Positions 1 to 9,530 of a stretch of 64,000 bases of DNA are shown piece after piece. The stretch comes from an uncultured Alphaproteobacteria bacterium (GTDB taxonomy: Bacteria; Pseudomonadota; Alphaproteobacteria; Rhizobiales; Xanthobacteraceae). The notes below the pieces were generated by a model. The model ran no database searches. It was not told the origin of the DNA and saw only the letters and a list, made by a program, of their open reading frames with translations. Position 1 is the first letter of the stretch. Every line of letters begins with the position of its first letter. The stretch spans positions 5,306 through 69,305 of the forward strand of contig CAWJKJ010000008.1 of NCBI GenBank assembly GCA_963843435.1, in the 5' to 3' direction. Position numbers and translations under genes: made by a program.

Positions 1-237
1 TGTCGGCATGATCCATCGTCTTGCCACGCTGAACCTCGGCATCGCGGTGCTGGCCGAACAGCTTGTCGCCGACGACTGGCCGAGGGCCGGTTGCGCCGCG
101 TGCTGCCGCAATGGCAGGCCTCTCCGATCACCGTCTACGCCATCACCGAGACGCGCCTGCTGCCGGCGAAGACGCAGCGCTTCATCGAGTTCCTTCGGGA
201 GCGCCTGGGCGGGTCCCACGACGGCGCGGGGCACTGA
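1..237 (+). CDS. LysR-family regulator, C-terminal fragment (runs off window start; one frameshift near 78)
   Basis: Joined frames read ...LNLGIAVLAEQLVADD/AEGRLRRVLPQWQASPITVYAITETRLLPAKTQRFIEFLRERL, typical of the end of a LysR substrate-binding domain; TGA at 235-237. Confidence 0.8.
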   Translation, partial: CRHDPSSCHAEPRHRGAGRTACRRRLAEGRLRRVLPQWQASPITVYAITETRLLPAKTQRFIEFLRERLGGSHDGAGH

Positions 238-244
238 GCCCCAC

Positions 245-268
245 CCTCCTCCCGCGCGCGGGAGGAGG
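245..268. terminator. perfect 24-bp GC-rich palindrome after lysR (terminator or short repeat element)
   Basis: cctcctcccgcg|cgcgggaggagg is self-complementary; no clear U-tract. Confidence 0.5.
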
Positions 269-323
269 AGCGATGGAAGGTCCGTCGCGCCAAACTTATT
301 CAATTGTCAAACAGCCCGTAGCC

Positions 324-407
324 TGTAGCCCGCATGAGCGCAACGATATGCGGGACTGAGCCTGCCGCACCGCTGACCCGGATGTCGCTTCGCTCATCCG
401 GGCTACA
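324..407. repeat. inverted pair of GTAG-type REP sequences
   Basis: tgtagcccgcatgagcgcaacgatatgcggga (324-355) and the inverted copy cccggatgtcgcttcgctcatccgggctaca (377-407); each has a GTAG end plus an internal hairpin. Confidence 0.8.
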
Positions 408-920
408 GACACACGTCATCGCCCCCGTTCCTTGTCCGGCCTGGGGCTGCCGGTCGTCTGTTGCTTTCCTTCGCCCGAGAGGGCGTGCGGAACGCTTGGG
501 CGTTTCACCGCACCCGCGGCCCCGTGTGCAAAAGGGGTAGAAAGAACGCACACGAGCTCCTGACGAACGCAGATCAACGCCTGCGTTCCGCACGCGATGA
601 GTTTATTCGGGCTTGCTGCATCACGCCTCTGGTGGGCTCGTAGCGCCGGCACCTTGTTGACGAAGCAACCACGCGAAGCCGTTCGCGTGGGGATGCACTT
701 GGACCCGATCGCCTGCACCGGGTTCGCCGGCCTCATCCGCCACGGGATCGACACACACCCGCCCTCGGTCCAGGCCTCACCAGCGCAAGCAACCATCGCA
801 TCCCGCCCCACAAGCCATGGCGATCTAGACTTACCCTCTCACCGGGGCGGGATCCGTCTGTATATTCCTACGAGATGGACACGTCAACAACTAATTTCGG
901 CAAAACCGAAAATAATTCGA
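408..920. repeat. long structured intergenic element (MITE-like or ncRNA-like)
   Basis: Nested inverted repeats at 483-495/583-595, 523-529/548-554, 669-677/682-690 and 800-809/844-853; no credible ORF; resembles, from memory, a dispersed Bradyrhizobium-type intergenic repeat. Confidence 0.55.
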
Positions 921-1087
921 CGAGGCGCTTGCTGGTCCAGTTCGACCGTGCTAAAAGGTCATCGTCCGCGACATCCGCCCGCAGCGCCCTGAACGGTGCG
1001 CTTTGCGGGTTTTTTCTTGCGTCGTGGCGCCGCTGCCGCCGGAAAAACGCGCGGCCTTCAAACGACCAGAACCAGCAGGAGACAACA

Positions 1088-1468
1088 ATGCGCGATTCGT
1101 GAACCCCGTCCGCGTGCGTATCTGCACCCACTATGCCGGCGAAGCGATCCGGACGCTCTGAAGGTCATGCAGCGCGACGACATCTCGCCGGCCGCACGGT
1201 AGAGGCCGCGAAAGAAGTGCTGCTCTGCATCCGCGGCGTGCTGCCGGTGATGGAAGCGCAAGAGTTTCGCAACACCATCTTCCAGAGCGTCCATGAGCGG
1301 CAAAGCAGCCGAGCGTCGCGGCGAGAGAACTTCGCGCGCCGGCGCGCCGAGAAAGCGGCGCGGCGGCGGGAGGCGGCGAGTCGCGACGCAATTTCGAGCA
1401 GGCTCGCGACAAAGAGCAGTGTGAGCGCCGCGGCAGCAGCAATAGCTGCTCGTGGCAGCCTCGCATAG
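1088..1468 (+). CDS. small hypothetical protein (needs ~3 frameshift corrections)
   Basis: GGAG RBS plus ATG at 1088; joined frames give ...CTHYAGEAIRTLLKVMQRDDISPAARVEAAKEVLLCIRG... ending at TAG 1466-1468. Confidence 0.4.
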
Positions 1469-1652
1469 TTTATTTACCAAACACTGCAAATTAGCAGAAA
1501 CCACGTCGCCTAACCCAGGCTCAAGACATTTTGCGCATGCTTTCCGATGAACAGGGGAATGGCTGTTCCGCGGCTGATTGTGATTCTTCGTGCGCGATCA
1601 TGCCGCAACGCCTTTGCAGTATGTCGGAGTTCTCGCAGGTTGAGGGGGGTGA

Positions 1653-2552
1653 ATGAAAGTGACGCAGCTCTACTGTGTTCGCGACTTGCCTCTCGTTACT
1701 TGCAGTCTTGTCGGCGTGGCATTGCTGGCTATCGGCGCGATGCAGCGTTGGATCTGCGCGCTTCGATTCGGAAAGGTGGTATCTACCCAGGAGACAGCCG
1801 GCGCTCTCCAGCTCGCGCTCATCATCGGCAATGGCAGTTATCCGGACGCCGCCGGCACAAACCAACCCATCAACGACGGCAGCGGTCTGGCGTATCCGAT
1901 GCAACGCCACGACGGATTCGATGTCGATGTGGTGCAGGATGCCACAAAGGCCGGAATGGATCGCGCGGTCGAGCGGCTAAAAACCAGGATCATTCCCGGA
2001 TCAGTCGTGATGTTGTTTTTCGGTGGCTATGGAGTGCAGTCTCGCCACGAAACCTACATGATCCCGACCGACGCCGTGATATGGAAGGAAGGCGATGTAC
2101 GCCACGAGGGTATGTCCGTCGAAGCCGTGCTCCATGCAATCAAGGATCGGGGCGCTCGCGCCACGCTGGCCGTCCTCGACGCCTCTCGACGCAATCCCTA
2201 TGAACGCCGTTTCCGCTCCTACTCTCACGGGCTTGCGCCAGTCAACGCGCCTAACAACGCGCTCATCATTTCGTCCAATACACCTGGCAAGGTCGCCGAT
2301 GACACAAACGGCAAGCACAGCGTGCTCGTTACTGAGTTGCTCAACGAGCTCAATGCGCACGTTAACGCTGAAGGCCTCTTCAACAAGACCCGTGTCGCCG
2401 TCTTTCGCGCCTCCAGTGGAGCGCAGATGCCGTCAGTATCCTCCTCGCTTTTGGAGGACGTGCACTTCAGTCCCAGCAATGATCCCGACTTGACGACGGC
2501 ATCCATCGCGCCAATTACCACCGAAAGCGCTTCGCTCGTAGCGCAGAAGTAA
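1653..2552 (+). CDS. peptidase C14 (caspase-like) domain protein with catalytic dyad replaced (H->Y, C->S)
   Basis: ALIIGNGSY, FFGGYG (normally ..AGHG) and VLDASRRNP (normally LDACRNNP); GAGGGG RBS; N-terminal hydrophobic segment. Confidence 0.9.
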   Translation: MKVTQLYCVRDLPLVTCSLVGVALLAIGAMQRWICALRFGKVVSTQETAGALQLALIIGNGSYPDAAGTNQPINDGSGLAYPMQRHDGFDVDVVQDATKAGMDRAVERLKTRIIPGSVVMLFFGGYGVQSRHETYMIPTDAVIWKEGDVRHEGMSVEAVLHAIKDRGARATLAVLDASRRNPYERRFRSYSHGLAPVNAPNNALIISSNTPGKVADDTNGKHSVLVTELLNELNAHVNAEGLFNKTRVAVFRASSGAQMPSVSSSLLEDVHFSPSNDPDLTTASIAPITTESASLVAQK

Positions 2553-2691
2553 AGCCACCGCCTCAGACAGCGATTGATTTCGCTCAGCTCTCGTCAAGCG
2601 GTCCTCAGCGTTAGACCTCAATCAGTGGGTCTTGTCGCCTCCACCATCCGAACGCGCAACAAACGGGCGCTTCATTTGCATTGTCGCCGGC

Positions 2692-3663
2692 TTATTCCGG
2701 CTGAATGCCAGCGCGTTCTATGATGTCTTTCTCCTTCAATTTCTTCGCCGCCAGCCACGAAGCCAGCTTTTCCTTGTCCATGTCCTTTAGGGGTGTGGAT
2801 CCCGCTTCGGCGTAAGCCTCGATAATGCTCGGCTCCGCGAGGGTTTTGCCCAGGGCATCGGACAGTTTGTCGACGATTGGCTTGGGCACGCCCGCAGGCG
2901 CGACGACAACGGCGCCCACAACGAGATCCATGCCCGGATAACCCGATTCGGCAAAGGTCGGCACGTCGGGCAGGCTTGCAAGTCGCTTGGACCCTGTAAT
3001 CGCGAGCGCCCGCAATTTGCCTGCCTCGATCATCGGCTTCATTGTTGAAGCGAAGTCGAAGATCATTTCGATCGTGCCTCCCAGGAGATCGGCTGTAGAC
3101 GGCGCGGCCCCCTTGTACGGGATCGCCGTCATCCTGATATCAGCCTCGCGCTGAAACAATTCGCCGGCGAGTTGCTGTATCGAACCGGTGCCGGCCGTTG
3201 CGTAGTTGATCTTCTCGGGATTCTTTCTTGCGTGATTGACGAAATCGGCGAGCGTCTTGTAGCTCGAGTCGGCGCGAACCATCAGCATCGTCGGAGTTTC
3301 GCTGAGCACACGAACCGCTACCAGCGCCGTCTGCGGATCGAAGGAAAGCTTCTTGAAGACGAGCGGCCAGGTCACAAGCGCAGCGTGGACGTTGTACATG
3401 ATCGTGTATCCATCCGGTTTCGCACTGACCACGTATTCGGTTCCAACGATTCCGCCTGCACCTGTCTTGTTCTCTACGACGATCGGCTGACCAAGCTTTT
3501 CCCCCAGCACCTTTCCAACTCGACGCGCCGAGGTATCCATCGCCCCACCGGCCGGAACGGGAACGACCATCGTTATGGGGCGGGTCGGATAATCCTGCGC
3601 TGAAGCGTATGATGTGAAAAGCACCAACAGGCTTGCAGCCGAGCAACTCAATGAGAACTTCAC
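2692..3663 (-). CDS. Bug/TctC tripartite tricarboxylate transporter substrate-binding protein
   Basis: Signal peptide, YPTRPITMVVPVPAGGAMD, VENKTGAGG, PDGYT, PYKGAAP, LPDVPTFAESG. Confidence 0.93.
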   Translation of the reverse strand: MKFSLSCSAASLLVLFTSYASAQDYPTRPITMVVPVPAGGAMDTSARRVGKVLGEKLGQPIVVENKTGAGGIVGTEYVVSAKPDGYTIMYNVHAALVTWPLVFKKLSFDPQTALVAVRVLSETPTMLMVRADSSYKTLADFVNHARKNPEKINYATAGTGSIQQLAGELFQREADIRMTAIPYKGAAPSTADLLGGTIEMIFDFASTMKPMIEAGKLRALAITGSKRLASLPDVPTFAESGYPGMDLVVGAVVVAPAGVPKPIVDKLSDALGKTLAEPSIIEAYAEAGSTPLKDMDKEKLASWLAAKKLKEKDIIERAGIQPE

Positions 3664-3818
3664 GGGCTCCTCCTGTGTTTGGCTTGCCGGCCAGGGCCGG
3701 TCAGATTGGCTGACATGAGCGTAGCGATGCCGGCGGTGCCGCCGGGACCGACGACATCGAGCGTCGCGTAGAGTTCCGGTTGGCGCGCCGGCTCAGCGAC
3801 GGTTTCGATCGCACTCAT
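3660..3818 (-). pseudogene. 52-aa ORF, probable N-terminal remnant of an FAD-dependent oxidoreductase
   Basis: GGAGAA RBS; MSAIETVAEPARQPELYATLDVVGPGGTAGIA...; its TGA overlaps the GTG start of the Bug gene; below the ORF-track cutoff. Confidence 0.5.
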
Positions 3819-3858
3819 GCGACGTTCTCCGTAAGGCAAGGAAAAAGAGCGCCGGGCG

Positions 3859-4746
3859 TCAGGCTTTGCGGAAGTCGAAGTCGTATTTGGTACCCCACGT
3901 CGTCAGCGTGTTGCGCTGCCAGACCTGGGGTTTCAGCGGCAGGGTTTCGTGCCAGGGCCGCGGCTCGAACCAGCGCAAGCTCGGAAATGTAGATGTCCAT
4001 GTCGGCGTAGAACTCGACCAGCACTTGATCGGGATCGAAATGATACGAGGCAAGGTTGTGACCGGCGGTGTGCCGCGCCGGCCCCCACACAATCGGAATG
4101 TTCGCAGCGCTCAACAGGTCGGCAGCCTCGTAGTGCTGCGCGCGCTCGCGTAGCTCGAAGGCGATGTGGTGCAGCTTGCGGAACGGCGCCTCCACCACGT
4201 TCAGAACGTGATGATCCTTGTTGCAGGTCAGGAAGGTCGCTCCGGGATCGAGCTCGTCGGTGACGTGGAATCCCGAGCACCTCGTTGAAGAACTTCACCG
4301 AGCGGGCGGCTTCCGGAGTCATGATGGCGATGTGGCCGAGCTTGTTCGGTACGATCCCGCGCTTGCCGAAGCCAGGCGCCGGCATGCTCATCTCCGTATA
4401 GAGCTCGAGCACATGTCCACCGGGTTCGGTCATTTCCAGGAGCTGGGCCATGCCCGCGCGGGCATCGCTTTTCGCCCGCACCTCGACGACCGTGCTCGCG
4501 TATCCGCTTTGCAGCGTCCTCCAGCGAGACATCGGCCGTGATCTGCAGCCCGAAGCAGCGCATGCCCGCCTTGTCGGACGGACGCACAATCACATTGTGG
4601 TGGTCAAGGCCGAGGCTGAGATAGGCGGTGCCGTCGCTGCCACGCTCGGTTTCGGTCGCACCGATCACCTCGGCGTAATACTTCAGTTCAAGCTCCGGCT
4701 GCGGCGTACCGAACTCGACATAGCCCAGCTGAAAGGCTCGAGACAT
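3859..4746 (-). CDS. VOC-family type I extradiol dioxygenase-like protein (frameshifted)
   Basis: Joined ORFs show two VOC domains with metal ligands in KLGHIAI, KLHHIAF and LVEFY, plus WGPARH. Confidence 0.85.
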
Positions 4747-4789
4747 CTGCTTCCTCCAAGTGTTTTTGTTCGCGCCCGTCACCAGCCGG

Positions 4790-5986
4790 TCAGCTTGCGA
4801 CGCCGGACGGCTGGCCAATTATCCCCGCATCGAAACCGAAGATGGCGGCACGGCGGGGCGACAGACCGGCCTGCGCTTTCATGTCAGCGTCGCGCTGGCG
4901 CTGTTCAGGCCCGTCGGCGAGGTGGAAGGTAATCGAGTTGCCGCGCGCCGCCGCCTGGATCGAGGCGGTTCGCGGCTTGCGCAGCGTCTCGTAGCGCTGC
5001 AGAGCGGGCGCGATATCCGCGCTGGAGATGCCGGCAAGACAGGCCGCCAGCGTCGCGCCGTCCTCGATCGACTGGGCCGCACCCTGCGCCATGTAGGGCA
5101 GCATCGGATGGCAGGCGTCCCCAAGCAGCGTGATGCGGCCGACGCTCCATTGCTCCAGCGGAGCCCGGTCGAACAGCGCCCACTTGAACGTCTCGTCGAC
5201 CGCGCCAAGGATGTCGTGAATTTGCGGATGCCAACCCGCATAATATGCGCGCGCATCCTCGATGCGGCCGCGATCAGTCCAGGATTCCCGCTGCCAGTCC
5301 GCCTGCTCGGTTACGGCGACGAAATTGACGAAGCGGCCGCCTCCCACGAAGTAATGGACGAAGTGCCCACCGGGGCCCATCCAGTTGTTCGACGTGTGGC
5401 GCAAGCCGAGATGCGCCAACCGCTCCGCCGGCGCGAGGCCGCGATAGGCGACGTTGCCGGAAAATCGCGGCCGCTCGGCGCCGAACAGCGTCTGGCGAAC
5501 GGTCGAATGAATGCCGTCGGCGCCGACCAGAAGGTCGGCCTCGGAAAACGACCCGTCCTCGAACTCCGCACGAACACCGGTTGCGGTTTGCGTCACGTCG
5601 ACGCAGCGCTTCGCGGTCTGCAGAACGCCCGCCGGCAATGCGCCGCTGAGGACCGCCAACAAGTCGGCACGGTGGAAATGATAGTATGGCGCGCCGTACG
5701 CGCTTTCCATCGCATCGCCCAACGGCTCCTGCGACAGCATCGCACCATTGTCCCAGCGGCGGATTTCGATGGCCGCCGGCCGGACGGCGAGCGGCTTCAA
5801 GGCCTCGCCCAACCCATAGCGCTGCAACAGGCGTGTTGCATTCGGGCTGATCTGAATTCCGGCTCCGACCTCCGCTTTCACCTTGACCTGCTCGTAGACG
5901 CGCACGTCGCAGCCGATGCGGGCGAGCGCGAGTGCTGCAGCGGTGCCGCCGATCCCTCCGCCAATGACGATGACTTTCAAGCTCAT
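4790..5986 (-). CDS. group A flavoprotein monooxygenase (salicylate hydroxylase/NicC-like)
   Basis: VIVIGGGIGG, EVGAGIQISPN, HRADL, VGADGIHS, LLGDACHPMLPYMAQGAAQSIEDG. Confidence 0.92.
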   Translation of the reverse strand: MSLKVIVIGGGIGGTAAALALARIGCDVRVYEQVKVKAEVGAGIQISPNATRLLQRYGLGEALKPLAVRPAAIEIRRWDNGAMLSQEPLGDAMESAYGAPYYHFHRADLLAVLSGALPAGVLQTAKRCVDVTQTATGVRAEFEDGSFSEADLLVGADGIHSTVRQTLFGAERPRFSGNVAYRGLAPAERLAHLGLRHTSNNWMGPGGHFVHYFVGGGRFVNFVAVTEQADWQRESWTDRGRIEDARAYYAGWHPQIHDILGAVDETFKWALFDRAPLEQWSVGRITLLGDACHPMLPYMAQGAAQSIEDGATLAACLAGISSADIAPALQRYETLRKPRTASIQAAARGNSITFHLADGPEQRQRDADMKAQAGLSPRRAAIFGFDAGIIGQPSGVAS

Positions 5987-7617
5987 CGCGCGCGCTCCCA
6001 ACCCAGTGCGCGGGCGAGAACGTTCCCGGCATCGATCGCCGAGCGTTTCAGTACCCCGCCAGGCAATATGCTGATCGGGCCGGACGAGAAATGCGTTGCG
6101 CCCGTAGATCCCTTCAAGCGCCGGTTCTCGCAGCGACAGAACCTGCAACGGCACCCCTGCCCGCTCGGCCGCGGTTACGAACCGGCGTCACATCCATCGC
6201 GCCGAAGTTCACGAGCGTGAACCACGGACCCAGCCTGTCGAACAGCGCGCTGCCGTCCTGCAGAAAAGTGCTGGGAAGCCGTGCGCCAGGCATGGTCGTC
6301 GGAACATAGCGCAGCGGATCCGATGGCGGCACGATGCCGGCTTCGTCAGTCACCACGGGCGAGCCATGATAAACGTAGCCGAATTCGATGCCGGTGCTCT
6401 CGTTCTCGGCATTGCCCAGTCTTGCAATCGCCGCCGAGAGCTCGGCGCGCCGCGCGTCGCTCGTCGGTGAACCGCTGTCCAGGTCGTCGCTGTGAGGCTC
6501 GATAGGCTTCAGCAATCGCGATCCTGACCTTGGTGTGGCCGGCGGAGGCTTCGCGATTCCTCAAGCCGACCGGTCGCCGCTCCGTCTCATAGGATGGCAA
6601 CAGCGCGGGACCGCCGAAACCCGCGAGTGTCGCGGCGAGCTTCCACCCGAGGTCGACGGCGTCGCCGATCCCGGTGTTCATGCCATAGCCACCGGTCGGA
6701 ATGTACTGGTGGGCCGCATCGCCGGCGAGAAACACGCGCCGGCGGCCGTAGGATTGTGCCAGTAGCAGATGCGGCGTCCAGGCGTTCGCGACCAGAACCT
6801 CGTGATCGAAATCAGCGCCCGCGAACTTGCGGACAAGCGCGGACGGATCGATGTCGTTCGGCGGCACATCGTCCTTGAAGCGGGCGTGCAGCGTCCAGAT
6901 GTCGTCGTCGTTCTGCGCAATCAGGGTGCCGAACGGCGACTGATAATGCCAGGCGATACCCCACCGCTGCAGAACATCCCGCGCGGTCGAGCGGAAGTGC
7001 ACCATGAAGCGCTGGGCCACCTTTGGCGTCCCGTCGAGCGCAATCTGCAGCAATTCGCGCACGCGACTTCCGCCGCCATCGCATCCGGCGAGATATTCGC
7101 AACGCACTTCTTCGGTGTCGCCGGTCGCAGAATTTCGCAACGTCACCGTGACGTCGTCTGCATTTTCCCGGAAATCTTCCAGCGCCATCCCGAAACGCAC
7201 GTCGACAATCGGGCAAGATTCCGCCGCACGCTTCAAGACCGGTTCGATCTCGACCTGCGAGACACGCATCGCGGGTTCGCGCGACTGTGTGCCATCGTTG
7301 TTGGCGATGATCAGGTGCCGGGCCTCCACCACGCTTGGATAGCGGAAGCGATGCAGCTCGTGCCCGGCCATCGACGTCACCCAGGACACATCGAACGGAT
7401 GATGTTCGGGCACCGCGGCCTTGCGCAAGGCATCGACCAGTCCGAACTTGCGGAACAGCTCCATGCTTCGCCCGTTGGTGATGTCCATCTTCGGATGGCG
7501 GGTCGTGGCTGCATTCCGCTCGACCAGCATCGTCTTGACGCCGAAACGCCCGAGCACGATTGCAAGCATCAGCCCGACAGGTCCACCGCCCGCGACAAGA
7601 ACCTGTGTGTTCCTCAT
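5983..7617 (-). CDS. PheA/TfdB-type FAD-dependent monooxygenase with C-terminal thioredoxin-like domain (frameshifted)
   Basis: VLVAGGGPVG, GCDGGGSRVR, LAGDAAHQYIPTGGYGMNTGIGDAVDLGWKL, PGARLP, LVRPDQHIAWRG across 3 frames. Confidence 0.9.
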
Positions 7618-7662
7618 GGGATCCCCAATCGAACGATTACGGGAAGGATCGACGTCTCTCGT

Positions 7663-8548
7663 TCAGGCGGCGCGGGCTTTTTCCTGTTCGGCAGCGACCG
7701 GATTCGACAATGTGCCAATCCCCTCGATCGAAACCTCGACGACATCGCCGGGCTTCATCCAGACCGGAGGCTTTCGCGCGGCCCCGACGCCGGCCGGCGT
7801 TCCCATCACCAGCACGTCGCCAGGCTCCAGCGTCATGCAGGCCGAGAGAAGCTCGATCAGTTTCCGCAACTCCGAAGATCATATCGCGCGTGTTGGCGCT
7901 TTGCATGACCTGCCCGTTGAGCCGGGTTTCGATCGTGAGTCCCGAAGCGCCGGGGGGCAGTTCGTCGCTTGTCACGAAATCAGGACCGAACGCGCCGCTG
8001 CCGTCGAAATTCTTTCCGACGGTCCATTGCGGCGTGCGGAGCTGATAATCGCGAACCGATGCGTCATTGAAGATCGAGTAGCCGGCGATGTAGTCGAGCG
8101 CTTCCTCTCTCGTCACACGCCGGGCTGTCCGACCCACCACCGCGACGAGCTCGCCCTCAAAATCGAGCGATGCGGACTGCAAGGGCCGCACGATCGGCTG
8201 GCCGTGCGCGACCAGAGATGTGTTGGTCCGCAGAAAGACCACAGGAAAATCCGGACGCGCCTGCTTCGACTCCGCTGCGTGGTCCGCATAATTCAGGCCG
8301 AGGCAAAGAACCTTTCCGGCGTTTGCAATCGGCGGCAACAGGCGCACCTCGGCTTCGTCGACAACCTTGGTGTGGGAGGCACGATCCAGCGCCTGTTTAA
8401 TCTGTCCGAAAGCCTTCGGCTGCAGCGCAAGCAACGACGGCAAGTCGCTTGGACGGCCCGGCATCAAGTCCGCGAGTGGCACAATGCCATTAAGGGAACG
8501 GACGCCCAGCTGCCGTTTCGCCGACAATTCGTAGTTGATCAGCCGCAT
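7663..8548 (-). CDS. fumarylacetoacetate hydrolase family protein (frameshift near 7865)
   Basis: [48 protein letters not shown]. Confidence 0.93.
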
Positions 8549-8584
8549 GCCCCCACCCTTCGACGTTTTCAGTTTCCAGCTAAA

Positions 8585-8627
8585 AACATCGATTTTATCC
8601 GAGTGTCAACACATAACATCGATTTTA
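8585..8627 (-). promoter_or_regulatory. two AACATCGATTTTA boxes flanking a minus-strand TTGACA (probable GntR operator/promoter of the aromatic operon)
   Basis: Identical 13-mers at 8585-8597 and 8615-8627; TGTCAA at 8604-8609 between them. Confidence 0.65.
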
Positions 8628-9347
8628 CTTGGATACCGTCGATGGCGGATACCGGCGGGCGACTTCGCCGACGAGCTCTGTTGTGAAGCTGATATGCGCA
8701 TTCAACAATCGCACCGCCTCCGCTGTGTCACGCGCCATCACCGCGTCCGCGATCGCCTTGTGCTCGCTCGGTACATCACGATCGACGCGCGAATGCGTTG
8801 ACAGCGCCCGATAGCGGGCTGCCTGTTCGAACAGCACCGCATCGAAATCGATGAGCCGTTGCGATCCGCAGCTCGCAATGAGGCATGCATGAAACGCCCG
8901 GTGCCGCTTCTCCCACTCCGGATTGATCTGCTTCGGATCGTCCGGATCGCGCGGAGGTGTGCGCGAGAGGCGGTGCAGCGCAACGACGATCGCTTCGTCC
9001 GATTCCTCGCTGGCGCGCGCAATCGCCTCACGCAGGGTGATTTCATTGAGCAGGCAACGGGTGCGCGTCAGCTCCTTGAGCTGATCCTCCGAAACCGGCG
9101 GAACGCTAAAGCCGCGTTGATCGGATTGCTTGACCCACCCCTCGGCCGACAAGCGATTAAGCGCTTCGCGCACCGGGCTTGCACCCACGCCATAGCGCTC
9201 CCGCAACGCATCGATCGCAAGCTTCTCACCGGGCTTGAAGACCGCAGATACCAGGTCGCGGCGAAGACGCTCTTCAACAGTCGAAGTCAGCGTCGTCCCT
9301 CGACGATCGGCCGCCCCCGTCTCAACCGCTTGCCTTGCTGGTGACAT
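8625..9347 (-). CDS. GntR/FCD-family transcriptional regulator
   Basis: wHTH PGEKLAIDALRERYGVGASPVREALNRL plus FCD domain (FHACLI, EHKAIADA). Confidence 0.93.
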   Translation of the reverse strand: MSPARQAVETGAADRRGTTLTSTVEERLRRDLVSAVFKPGEKLAIDALRERYGVGASPVREALNRLSAEGWVKQSDQRGFSVPPVSEDQLKELTRTRCLLNEITLREAIARASEESDEAIVVALHRLSRTPPRDPDDPKQINPEWEKRHRAFHACLIASCGSQRLIDFDAVLFEQAARYRALSTHSRVDRDVPSEHKAIADAVMARDTAEAVRLLNAHISFTTELVGEVARRYPPSTVSK

Positions 9348-9395
9348 TCGACTTTCTGCTTCGCGCCTTTATCATTACAAATTAGGGCACGAGCA

Positions 9396-9413
9396 CAGAT
9401 TATCGATTATCTG
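9396..9413. promoter_or_regulatory. near-palindrome CAGATTATCGATTATCTG upstream of gntR (autoregulatory site)
   Basis: Same ATCGAT core as the 8585/8615 boxes; partial copy GATTATCTG at ~9434-9442. Confidence 0.6.
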
Positions 9414-9530
9414 GAAAAGATGCCAGAAGAATTGATTATCTGCAGCATCAGGAATGGAGCCAGCTTGCGCACGATCCGGGCTTCGAGAATTGAGTGATCG
9501 AGAGCGAGAGGACGGACGTTCCGCGCCTCC

